From Pseudothermotoga sp. (lineage in GTDB: Bacteria > Thermotogota > Thermotogae > Thermotogales > DSM-5069), in contig JBEPZZ010000015.1 in the NCBI GenBank assembly GCA_041640575.1, positions 1 through 10,111 on the forward strand: a stretch of DNA of 10,111 nucleotides, written 5' to 3'. The notes under the pieces were generated by a model, which did no database searches, was not told the origin of the DNA, and saw only the letters and a list, made by a program, of their open reading frames with translations. The translations under genes and the position numbers were made by a program. This document shows positions 1 through 7,805 of this stretch, piece after piece. Within the stretch, counting starts at the first letter, position 1. Each line of letters begins with the position of its first letter.

Positions 1-1264
1 TGGTCGATTCTCTGATTCTCTTTATCTGCTCTTGCAAGTTTGCCTTAACAGCTAAATTGTTTTCAATGTCTTTTTGAGCCTCGGCAAGTTCTTCATTCAT
101 ATTTTTCAAAATTAAGATCTTTTCGCCTGTATTTTCAAGGATATCGCCTATCTGTGCTAAAACTCTTTCGATTCTAGGCCGTAACTCTTCATAAATGCCA
201 ACTATTTGATTGTACTGAACTTTCTTTTTTATAGATTCATCACGATTGAGTATCTCCTGCAAACCTTTTTCTATGTTTACCAAAGCTTCAGAAAATTCCT
301 TGTAGTCAGCATAGACTTGCAAATTTTCTAAAACTGACAATGTTTGAATACGAAGCTGTTCCGCCGATGCTAACATTTTCGAATCATCGATCGGAAAAGG
401 AGAACTAACCTCGGTGGAGTAAATCTTCGTTTTCAGTTCGACAAAGCTTTCAAGGGTATGAGATAGTGACTTTAGCTCAGGTAAAATTGCTTCTTTAAGA
501 AATAGGTTAGCTGCAACAACTTCATTTTGGATTTCTGAAATCCTTTTTCTCAATTCAGTGACTATGAAGTTCAGTTGAGAGAGCCTTTTATCATATTCGT
601 TGAGCTCTTCAACATAGATGCCAATCTTTGTTGCGTATATTTCTCTAAGCTTGGAAAGGACCTCTTCGTAAGTTTCTTCGTCATTTATCTCATGCCCAAG
701 GTACTTTTCGAGGTCTTCTTTCAGAATTTTAAAAGTTGAAGAATCGTAACGTTCGCGCTGTAACGTCTCATAAAGTATCAAAGCGTATGATTCATCAATC
801 AAAATATTCGGCAGATTGTTTTCAACCGTTTTTTTCAGTTCCTCCAAGTTTTCAACTACATTTGCTTTTATCTTCTCGGAATTTTCTAGCATCTTCGATG
901 TTACAACCATATAAGATTTTTTGGCTAAATCATGTCGACGCTGCGTTTCTTCAAAATAATATTCCAGTCTCTTGATATATTTTTCAATAAGCTCTTCCGC
1001 ACGTTTTTGTGTGATCTTATCGTAAGGCTTAACTCTTGAAACAATGCTTTGAAGTTCTTGTACAAGCACAGGTACGTTTTTTTCCGGGGCCAACAGGTCT
1101 ATATAATTCTGCAAACTTACCCTGGATGTAAAAAGCTTGGTTGAAAAAGCAGCTTCGTCTCTTCTTATTGAGGTCGAAACAACCCAAACCACTGGAAAAA
1201 GTATCAAAATTATTAAAAGCACGAGTATAGTATGAGTGAGAAAGGAAACCCTTCTTTGAACCAT
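1..1264 (-). CDS. malG: Maltose/maltodextrin ABC transporter permease MalG with large extracytoplasmic helical insert (partial; 3' end lies beyond the left edge)
   Basis: Not in the ORF track. Manual translation from ATG 1264-1262, which overlaps the malF stop as TAATG, is open for 421 codons to the window edge: MVQRRVSFLTHTILVLLIILILFPVVWVVSTSIRRDEAAFSTKLFTSRVSLQNYIDLL... The first TM helix with FP..W...TS and the LQNY motif are typical of MalG/CUT1 second permeases. It follows malE and malF. The EAA motif is not within the window. Confidence 0.88.
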   Translation of the reverse strand, partial: MVQRRVSFLTHTILVLLIILILFPVVWVVSTSIRRDEAAFSTKLFTSRVSLQNYIDLLAPEKNVPVLVQELQSIVSRVKPYDKITQKRAEELIEKYIKRLEYYFEETQRRHDLAKKSYMVVTSKMLENSEKIKANVVENLEELKKTVENNLPNILIDESYALILYETLQRERYDSSTFKILKEDLEKYLGHEINDEETYEEVLSKLREIYATKIGIYVEELNEYDKRLSQLNFIVTELRKRISEIQNEVVAANLFLKEAILPELKSLSHTLESFVELKTKIYSTEVSSPFPIDDSKMLASAEQLRIQTLSVLENLQVYADYKEFSEALVNIEKGLQEILNRDESIKKKVQYNQIVGIYEELRPRIERVLAQIGDILENTGEKILILKNMNEELAEAQKDIENNLAVKANLQEQIKRIREST

Positions 1265-3003
1265 TATCTACCCACCTCTTCAAATGCCCCGGAAAATTTG
1301 AAATTGAGGAAACTTATAGTACCAACAAGGAAGAAAATTAAGATAGAAATGGCGCTAGCAAAGCCAAAATCCTGACCTGTTCCGGCTTGAAAGGCTAGTT
1401 TGTAAACGTAAGACATCAAAATGTCGGTATAGCCTGTTGGTGTGACTGAACCTGGGATTGGCGGTCCGCCCGCAGTTATGAGAAAAATAATCGTGAAATT
1501 GTTGAAGCTAAAAGCAAAACTACTTACCAACAATGGTCCTATCACAGTCATGAGAAGTGGGAAGGTTATCTTAGAGAATCGTTTGAATTTCCCGGCACCG
1601 TCTATGGAAGCTACTTCATAAAGCTCAACAGGTATGGATTGCAAAGCACCGAGTGAGATGGTCATCATGTATGGAAAGGTTAACCAAATGTTGACAAGCA
1701 GAACACCAACTCGAGCCCAAAATGGATTGTTGAACCACCTTATTGGATCCAAATTAAAAAGTGGCAACAAGAATTTGTTGAAGAGTCCGTAGGTCTCGTT
1801 CAGAAGACCATTCCTCCAAACCAAAGCCGAGATGAAAGCCGGTATCGCCCATGGAATAATCAACAAAGTTCTGTAAAGATTTCTTCCTCTTAACCTTTGA
1901 TCGTTCAAAACTAAAGCAAAAGGCAAACCCACAGCCAAAGAGAGTAAAACGCTCAAAGCAGCCCAGGCAAAAGTCCAGCTAAAAATGCTAAAGAATGGCC
2001 CGGTAACTCGTGGATCAGTTATTATTCGGACAAAATTTTTCCAACCGACATGATCTATGAAACCGACGAGGAAGATTTCCTCGCCCTTATCATTTACGTC
2101 GTAAAAAACACCTTCCTTTTCTAGAACCTTCCTGCCAGTGACATTATTAATTAAAACCGTTCTCAGCCTCATTCTGCCGTCTTCGTAAACTTCTTCATAG
2201 CCTAGTCTGTACAATCTTTCTATTTGAACAAATCCCCAGCTCCCGTCTGGTAGAATCCTCAGAGCATATTTTCGGCCACTTGAAGGGTCTATAAAATCGG
2301 AATTTGAAAGGTACGCTTGAGCAATTTTTGTCTTGAAATAAGGCGCATTTATCTCAAGCAATGGGTCATTTGGCGTGAAAAACAATCTGTAAGATTTACT
2401 GTCGGCTATTAGCAATTTGATTTCTTCAAAAGAAGCTGGCCATGGAACAATTCTGATATTTTGTCCTTGATATACAAAAGTTTCGCCTTCGACTCTTTGC
2501 AAGATACCTTCACTTAGCAAGACATCGCGTCCTTTTCTCATAACTGGCATTGGCCTTGTGGATATGAAGGTTTTGTCGCCTATTCTAAAAAGAATTATGA
2601 AATCGTCCGTTGGAGTCATTCCATCGTAGGCCATGAAAACCCGGTATGAAACAATTTCACCATTTTCAACGGTATAGGTATATTTTGTGCTGTATAAAAG
2701 TCGTTCTATTGCCTCTTCTTTCGGCATAAAATGACCTGTTCCATAATTTGTGAAAGCGGTTTTCACTGTGAAGTATATTGGATACAAAACTAAAATAAAC
2801 AACAGGACTAATGCGGGAATAATGTATCGATAAGGGTAACCTTTTGGGTTGAAAACGAAGAAATCAATCAAGAAAATCAGAGTTGCAAAAGTTATTCCAA
2901 GCTCATAGTACCTATTTTGCACCAGAAATATGGTCATCCAAAAAAAGCTAACGTTTAACATCAAGAAAAGAAACCAAAGAAATATTTTGATTATTTTTTT
3001 CAC
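1264..3003 (-). CDS. malF: Maltose/maltodextrin ABC transporter permease MalF
   Basis: 579 aa. Three N-terminal hydrophobic segments ending in YPIYFTVKTAFTNY, a long periplasmic loop, then the CUT1 core (RTLLIIPWAIP, EAA motif LYEVASIDGAGKFKRFSKITFP, FAFSFNNF, TDILMSYVYKLAF). GTG start with AGGAGG RBS at 3017-3012. Confidence 0.93.
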   Translation of the reverse strand: MKKIIKIFLWFLFLMLNVSFFWMTIFLVQNRYYELGITFATLIFLIDFFVFNPKGYPYRYIIPALVLLFILVLYPIYFTVKTAFTNYGTGHFMPKEEAIERLLYSTKYTYTVENGEIVSYRVFMAYDGMTPTDDFIILFRIGDKTFISTRPMPVMRKGRDVLLSEGILQRVEGETFVYQGQNIRIVPWPASFEEIKLLIADSKSYRLFFTPNDPLLEINAPYFKTKIAQAYLSNSDFIDPSSGRKYALRILPDGSWGFVQIERLYRLGYEEVYEDGRMRLRTVLINNVTGRKVLEKEGVFYDVNDKGEEIFLVGFIDHVGWKNFVRIITDPRVTGPFFSIFSWTFAWAALSVLLSLAVGLPFALVLNDQRLRGRNLYRTLLIIPWAIPAFISALVWRNGLLNETYGLFNKFLLPLFNLDPIRWFNNPFWARVGVLLVNIWLTFPYMMTISLGALQSIPVELYEVASIDGAGKFKRFSKITFPLLMTVIGPLLVSSFAFSFNNFTIIFLITAGGPPIPGSVTPTGYTDILMSYVYKLAFQAGTGQDFGFASAISILIFFLVGTISFLNFKFSGAFEEVGR

Positions 3004-3028
3004 CTGGTCAGCCTCCTCATGAAGGCAA

Positions 3029-3050
3029 GACCCGGGGACTTCCCCGGGTC
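3029..3050 (-). other. GC-rich intercistronic stem-loop between malE and malF (mRNA stabiliser or weak terminator)
   Basis: Minus strand GACCCGGGG-AAGT-CCCCGGGTC forms a perfect 9-bp stem with a 4-nt loop, starting 8 nt after the malE stop. It is followed by TTGCCTT, not a U-tract. Confidence 0.8.
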
Positions 3051-3058
3051 CGAATTTT

Positions 3059-4234
3059 CTATTGTGTCTGGGCCTTTATCCTCTCAACGGCATTCTTTGC
3101 AGCCTCTGCTGGTGTTGCACGACCGTTGACAACTAAGTTCAAGGCATCATCCATAGCGCCCCAAACAAATCCCATCTGCGGTACATTAGGCATTGGGATA
3201 CCATTTCCTGCGCTGAGAGTGAATGCTACTACGTCAGGATTGTCCTTGACCAGTTCAAGGACATCTTTTCTTGCTGGTAATCTTGGATCAGCCAAGTAAA
3301 TACGATACATTGTATCTTTCTTTGCGACGTAGTTGATAAGAAATTCCTTTGCCAACAGCAAGTTTGGAGACTTTGTATTAACCATGAAGCCTTGGACTCC
3401 AACAAATGGCCTAGCAACAAGACCTGAAGCTACATCTGGTATCAAGGCTACACCATAGTCTACACCTGCATCAGCGTAAGCTTTTATTGCCCAAGGACCA
3501 TTGATTATCATTGCGGCTCTGCCTTCTCTGAACATTGAATCCATAATTTCGTAGTTGTCTCCAGGTGTGATTATGCCTTCATCAACGAATTTTTTCAACA
3601 GTGCCAAACCTTTGATTGCTCCTTCGTTGGCAAGACCAATATCTTTCACATCGAGACCTGCAGGCGTGCTCTTGAAAACATATCCACCGTATCCGAAAAT
3701 AAATGGCACGCTGAAGTAGAATGTGGTAACTGGGAATATGAGGCCTCTAACTTCTCCTCCAAATTCTTTTTCAACTTTCTTTGCAATTGCAATGAGTTCA
3801 TCCACTGTTTTTGGGGGCTGTGGAACGTAATCCTTGTTATAGATCAAAGCAATTGCCTCAAGTGCATATGGAAGACCATAAAGTTTACCACCGTAAGAGA
3901 AAGCTTGTAATCCTGAGTCAAAGAATTGTCCAAGCTCTGCAAAAGATGGAATTGGTTCCAAAAGTCCATTTGCCACAAGTTCCCCTACCCAGTCATGTGC
4001 TCCAACGATGATATCTGCACCTTGACCTTGAGGAGCTGCTGTCAAAAATTTGGGCTTAATGTCTCCGAAAGGCACATATTGAACCTCAACTTCAACTCCA
4101 TACTTTGCTTTGAATTCACGACCGAGAGCTTGAAGAATATCGACTTGCTTCTCAGAACACCATATGACAAGTTTTTGCTGGGCAAAGATAAAAACTGCCA
4201 AAACCAGCAAAAGTATTACAGAAAGCTTTCTCAC
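3059..4234 (-). CDS. malE: Maltose/maltodextrin ABC transporter substrate-binding protein MalE
   Basis: MalE hallmarks: KLVIW, ADIIVGAHDWVG, GLPYALEAIALIYNKD, AAMIINGPWA, RPFVGVQG, GIPMPNVPQM. Sec/SPI-type signal peptide MRKLSVILLLVLAVFIFA with no lipobox Cys. Start moved from GTG 4243 to GTG 4234 because the 4243 GTG lies inside a perfect GGAGGTGA RBS (4247-4240), 5 nt before 4234. This gives 391 aa. Confidence 0.95.
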   Translation of the reverse strand: MRKLSVILLLVLAVFIFAQQKLVIWCSEKQVDILQALGREFKAKYGVEVEVQYVPFGDIKPKFLTAAPQGQGADIIVGAHDWVGELVANGLLEPIPSFAELGQFFDSGLQAFSYGGKLYGLPYALEAIALIYNKDYVPQPPKTVDELIAIAKKVEKEFGGEVRGLIFPVTTFYFSVPFIFGYGGYVFKSTPAGLDVKDIGLANEGAIKGLALLKKFVDEGIITPGDNYEIMDSMFREGRAAMIINGPWAIKAYADAGVDYGVALIPDVASGLVARPFVGVQGFMVNTKSPNLLLAKEFLINYVAKKDTMYRIYLADPRLPARKDVLELVKDNPDVVAFTLSAGNGIPMPNVPQMGFVWGAMDDALNLVVNGRATPAEAAKNAVERIKAQTQ

Positions 4235-4272
4235 AGACTTCACCTCCCCTAAATTTTAGTGATCCAACACAT

Positions 4273-4302
4273 ATTTTATCCTTTTCATTAACGAATTGTC
4301 AA
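4273..4302 (-). promoter_or_regulatory. Sigma70/SigA-type promoter of the malEFG operon
   Basis: Minus strand TTGACA (4302-4297), 18-nt spacer, TAAAAT (4278-4273), about 25 nt upstream of the malE RBS. Confidence 0.75.
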
Positions 4303-4407
4303 CGTACGGTTATCACACGAAATCGTTCTAAAATTACTCAAAAGAACTGATTCTGCCGAAAAGATGTAAAATAAAATGTGGTTTGAAAAAGCAATCGAGG
4401 TGACGTT

Positions 4408-5625
4408 ATGTCCCAAACAATCAAATGTAGTTGTGGTACGAATCACGAAATCCCTGATTTAGAAATAAAATGGGAAAAGGGCTGCTCACAAAGACTAGAA
4501 CACTTTTTCAGCCATTCTCTTTTCGTTGCCGATGCTAGTACAGAAAAATTGGTGATTCTGCCAAGCGATGCTTTCATTTTTAAAGAGAAAAGAATTCTTG
4601 CAAGTGTTGACAACTCTCAAAGAATCATCAGTGCTGCGAGGAATTATTCTTCGATAGTTTCCATCGGTTCAGGATCAATAACTGATGTCGTTCGGTATGC
4701 AGCATACCTTTTAAACAAGCCCTTTTTCGCATTTCCCACAGCTCCATCAGTTGACGGATATACCTCTTCAGTTGCGCCTTTGCTCGTCAAGAACATTAAA
4801 AAAACTCTGCCAGCAAGGCCACCATCTTTGATCTTGATCGATATCGAAATTTTGAAGAATTCACCACTTGATCTCTTGAAAGCTGGGATAGGAGACATTG
4901 CCGCAAAGATTACAGCAAGGCTTGATTGGATAGTGGCAAACCAACTTTTAAGCGAGAGGATTTGTGATTTCACGTGGGACAACTTAAAGGATCATATCGT
5001 TGAAACTTTGAAGAACACTGAGAAAATTTTGGAAAGAAATGAAAATTCGATTCAAAACCTAATGGAAGGACTTTTGGTATCCGGTTTGAACATAGCAACT
5101 GTTGGTCATTCGCGTCCTGCATCTGGTGCCGAGCATTTGATTTCACATCTTATCGAGATGTATCACGAATTTCATAATCAGCTGCCCCCATTTCACGGAA
5201 TCACCGTAGCTATGGGAACTTTTGTTACAATGAAGGCCTATGAAGCGCTTCTGAGCAACGTAAAATTTGAGAGGCGAAAAATACTGGATAAGAGAGCCGC
5301 GCTGAGAGAGTTTTTCAACGACGAAATCGCAGCTGAATTCGAAAAGATTCATAAGACCAAGAAAATGGCAGATAAGTTGGATCTTAAACCAGTGTTGAAA
5401 GCAATTGAAAAAATCTATTATCAATATTCAAAACTTGTTTTTGACGCGCTCTCAAAAATAGATATCCACGAATTTTTCAAAAAGTATGACAAGCAGTTTC
5501 TAAAAAAACTAATTATTTTGACAAACATGACACGTGAGAGATACACCATTTTGGATTTGCTCGATCAGCTGGGAATTCTTGATACTTTTGCAGAATGGAT
5601 TCTTGAAGAACAAATGAGATACTAA
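4408..5625 (+). CDS. egsA: sn-glycerol-1-phosphate dehydrogenase (EgsA/AraM family, metal-dependent, dehydroquinate synthase/Fe-ADH-like fold)
   Basis: 405 aa. Motifs IGSGSITD, PTAPSVDGYTS, AGIGDIAAK...LDW, SRPASGAEHLISH and HGITVA, plus an N-terminal CSCGxxH. GAGGTGA RBS at 4397-4403 before the ATG. Confidence 0.85.
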   Translation: MSQTIKCSCGTNHEIPDLEIKWEKGCSQRLEHFFSHSLFVADASTEKLVILPSDAFIFKEKRILASVDNSQRIISAARNYSSIVSIGSGSITDVVRYAAYLLNKPFFAFPTAPSVDGYTSSVAPLLVKNIKKTLPARPPSLILIDIEILKNSPLDLLKAGIGDIAAKITARLDWIVANQLLSERICDFTWDNLKDHIVETLKNTEKILERNENSIQNLMEGLLVSGLNIATVGHSRPASGAEHLISHLIEMYHEFHNQLPPFHGITVAMGTFVTMKAYEALLSNVKFERRKILDKRAALREFFNDEIAAEFEKIHKTKKMADKLDLKPVLKAIEKIYYQYSKLVFDALSKIDIHEFFKKYDKQFLKKLIILTNMTRERYTILDLLDQLGILDTFAEWILEEQMRY

Positions 5626-6491
5626 GCCAACAATGATTTCGGTATTATCGCCTTTGCCGTTTTGTTCGGATCAACAACTTGGCTTATTCTAATATCAACA
5701 GCCAGGCTTGCAAGCATGTAGGCATCTAGCATCGATAAATTAAGTTTCTGGGAAAGAAGCCTTACGGCCTGCTCTGTTGCTTCTTTGATAGCTTCATCAA
5801 GCGTTGGTAGTGAAACTATGATGCAAAAGTTCTGCTCTGTCTCAACAATTGGCCATTCAATTTGTTGATCCATTACGTCAATCTTTACAATAATCCTTGC
5901 ATTGACTTCGCAAGCTGATACACAAACCTCTCCATCGGCCATCAAAGCATGAACATCTCCCATGGCAAGTAATGCTCCATCTTGAAACACAGGTAAATAG
6001 AGAGTGTTTCCCTTCGATATCTCTTTAGTATCCATATTTCCTCCGTGTTTATGCGCGGTACCTGTTGGAAACTCTTCGCTCATTGGTGCAACCCCAATAA
6101 CACCTATCATGGGTTTTGCCAAAAGCCTTCTGCCAGCAAAATTTACAAATTCATCTTCGATTTTCAGTATCTTAACAGCAAAACCCTTTGTAAGATTTGG
6201 AAGTACTCCAAACCCTTCTTCAGCAACAATTACACCTTGATTATCAATTTCAATGCCCAAGATTTCTACAATAAGAGTCTTTCCCGCTTTCGCACCGTTA
6301 ATGTAGACTGGTCCGGTTGCTGGATTAACCTTTGAAAAATCGAGCTGCACGATATCGGTTTCTTTTTTAATCTGTCCTCCCAAAGCGTCAAGAGTTTCAA
6401 AAACAACTATTTCTCCTGGTTCAACTGATTCAACTGATTTCATATCAGGTGAAAAAGCATAGATCAGGTTTCTCGTATCAACTACCTTCAT
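5622..6491 (-). CDS. Acetamidase/formamidase family protein (FmdA/AmdA)
   Basis: Motifs NPATGPVYINGA, PMIGVIGVAP, HGGNMD, GDVHALMADGEV and DAYMLASLAVD..ISQVVD. Likely start is ATG 6491 (or 6494) after GAGGTG at 6504-6499, not the ORF-track start at 6521. Overlaps the rarA 3' end. Confidence 0.88.
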   Translation of the reverse strand: MKVVDTRNLIYAFSPDMKSVESVEPGEIVVFETLDALGGQIKKETDIVQLDFSKVNPATGPVYINGAKAGKTLIVEILGIEIDNQGVIVAEEGFGVLPNLTKGFAVKILKIEDEFVNFAGRRLLAKPMIGVIGVAPMSEEFPTGTAHKHGGNMDTKEISKGNTLYLPVFQDGALLAMGDVHALMADGEVCVSACEVNARIIVKIDVMDQQIEWPIVETEQNFCIIVSLPTLDEAIKEATEQAVRLLSQKLNLSMLDAYMLASLAVDIRISQVVDPNKTAKAIIPKSLLA

Positions 6492-7791
6492 CATTTTCCA
6501 CCTCTTTGTACTTTTCTTCACCCCAGAGCTCTATCAAACGTTTCTTGATGGTCGCTTCTTTTCCGATTTCCTTCGGAATGTATATTTTCAATTTCTTCAG
6601 CTCTTCTGGAAGATAACTTCTTCTCACAAAACCTCCCATTTCATGTGGATAAACATACCCTTCACCATAACCGGCGTCCTTCATTAGTTTCGTAACAGGA
6701 TTTCGTAGAAATAGTGGAACTTGAATATTCATACTTTGCTTGACAATTTTCTTAGATCTTTCAACAGCAAGATAAACTGAGTTGCTCTTTGGGGCAGCTG
6801 CAAGGTAGATTGCAGCTTGAGCAAGGTTAAGAATGCACTCCGGCAAACCAACATATTCAACAGCTTGGGCAGCTGACACAGCAACTAAAAGAGCCATAGG
6901 ATCCGCCAAACCTATATCTTCGCTGGCCAGAATTACCATTCTTCTGGCTATAAACCTGGGATCTTCACCGAGCTCTATCATTTTTGTCATGTAATATAAT
7001 GCAGCATCTGGGTCGCTACCACGCAAGCTTTTTATGAAGGCCGAAGCAAAATCATAGTGGTCTTCTTTTCTATAACCTGCCGCTTTCGAACCAACTAGGT
7101 TTTGAAATCTCTGAAGATCAATTACCGAGATTTTGGAGACTCTGGCGTTTTCAATAGCCATTTCGAGAGTATTCAATGCAAAACGTGCGTCTCCTTGGGA
7201 CATTTGTGCAATCATCATTAACACATCATCGTTCACTGCAATGTTGTAGCTCGAAATTTTCTCATCGATAATCATGGCCCGTCTCATTATTTGAATGAGT
7301 TCCTCATTTGACAAAGGTTTTAGGAATATAACCCTACATCTTGACAACAAAGGTGGAATGATCTCGAAAGAAGGATTCTCCGTAGTTGCTCCCACCAGTG
7401 TGATAGTTCCATCTTCAACTCTTGACAAGAGGACATCCTGTTGAGCTTTGTTCAACCTGTGTATTTCATCAATGAAAAGCACCGTTTGCTTACCATATTT
7501 CTTCATTTCCTGAGCTCTATTAAGAACCTGCTTTATCTCATTTGCACCGTGAAGTGCTCCACTGAGAAGATAGAATTCCGCATCTACATATCTTCTTATT
7601 AGCTCACCTATAGAGCTCTTTCCACATCCAGGCGGGCCATACAAAATGCAAGAAAATATTGTCCCTTTTTCGAGGGCTTTTCGAAGTATTCCTTCTTTTC
7701 CCATCACATGTCCTTGACCTATCAAATCGTCGAGATCCTTTGGTCTGACTCGTTCTGCAAGTGGAAGGTTACCGATCTTCTGATCAACCAT
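6478..7791 (-). CDS. rarA: Replication-associated recombination protein A (RarA/MgsA, AAA+ ATPase)
   Basis: 437 aa. PLAERVRP, Walker A GPPGCGKS, Walker B LFIDEIHR, GATTENPSF, LLSRC, and the RarA C-terminal motifs FIKSLRGSDPDAA, ASEDIGLADP, APKSNS and YGEGYVYPH. Confidence 0.96.
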   Translation of the reverse strand: MVDQKIGNLPLAERVRPKDLDDLIGQGHVMGKEGILRKALEKGTIFSCILYGPPGCGKSSIGELIRRYVDAEFYLLSGALHGANEIKQVLNRAQEMKKYGKQTVLFIDEIHRLNKAQQDVLLSRVEDGTITLVGATTENPSFEIIPPLLSRCRVIFLKPLSNEELIQIMRRAMIIDEKISSYNIAVNDDVLMMIAQMSQGDARFALNTLEMAIENARVSKISVIDLQRFQNLVGSKAAGYRKEDHYDFASAFIKSLRGSDPDAALYYMTKMIELGEDPRFIARRMVILASEDIGLADPMALLVAVSAAQAVEYVGLPECILNLAQAAIYLAAAPKSNSVYLAVERSKKIVKQSMNIQVPLFLRNPVTKLMKDAGYGEGYVYPHEMGGFVRRSYLPEELKKLKIYIPKEIGKEATIKKRLIELWGEEKYKEVENDEGS

Positions 7792-7805
7792 TCAAGCCCC
7801 CCAAT

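Noticed and set aside
736..1283. ORFs 736..975 (+) and 1029..1283 (-)
   Set aside because: They lie antisense to or out of frame within the long malG frame and show no recognisable motifs.
3229..4252. ORFs 3229..3420 (-), 3811..4011 (+) and 3926..4252 (+)
   Set aside because: Shadow ORFs of malE with atypical composition and no family motifs.
4301..4326. Short palindromes CGTACG (4303-4308) and ACGA-AA-TCGT (4317-4326) just upstream of the malE -35
   Set aside because: Position is suggestive of a sugar-regulator site, but the arms are only 3-4 bp and expected by chance. Comparative data would be needed.
4329..4377. Plus-strand TAAAAT hexamers (4329-4334, 4367-4372, 4372-4377) as the egsA promoter
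   Set aside because: No convincing -35 or TGn extension at proper spacing, so I cannot choose among them.
4644..6335. ORFs 4644..4982 (-), 5143..5424 (-), 6004..6240 (+) and 6045..6335 (+)
   Set aside because: Antisense to well-supported egsA and amidase genes.
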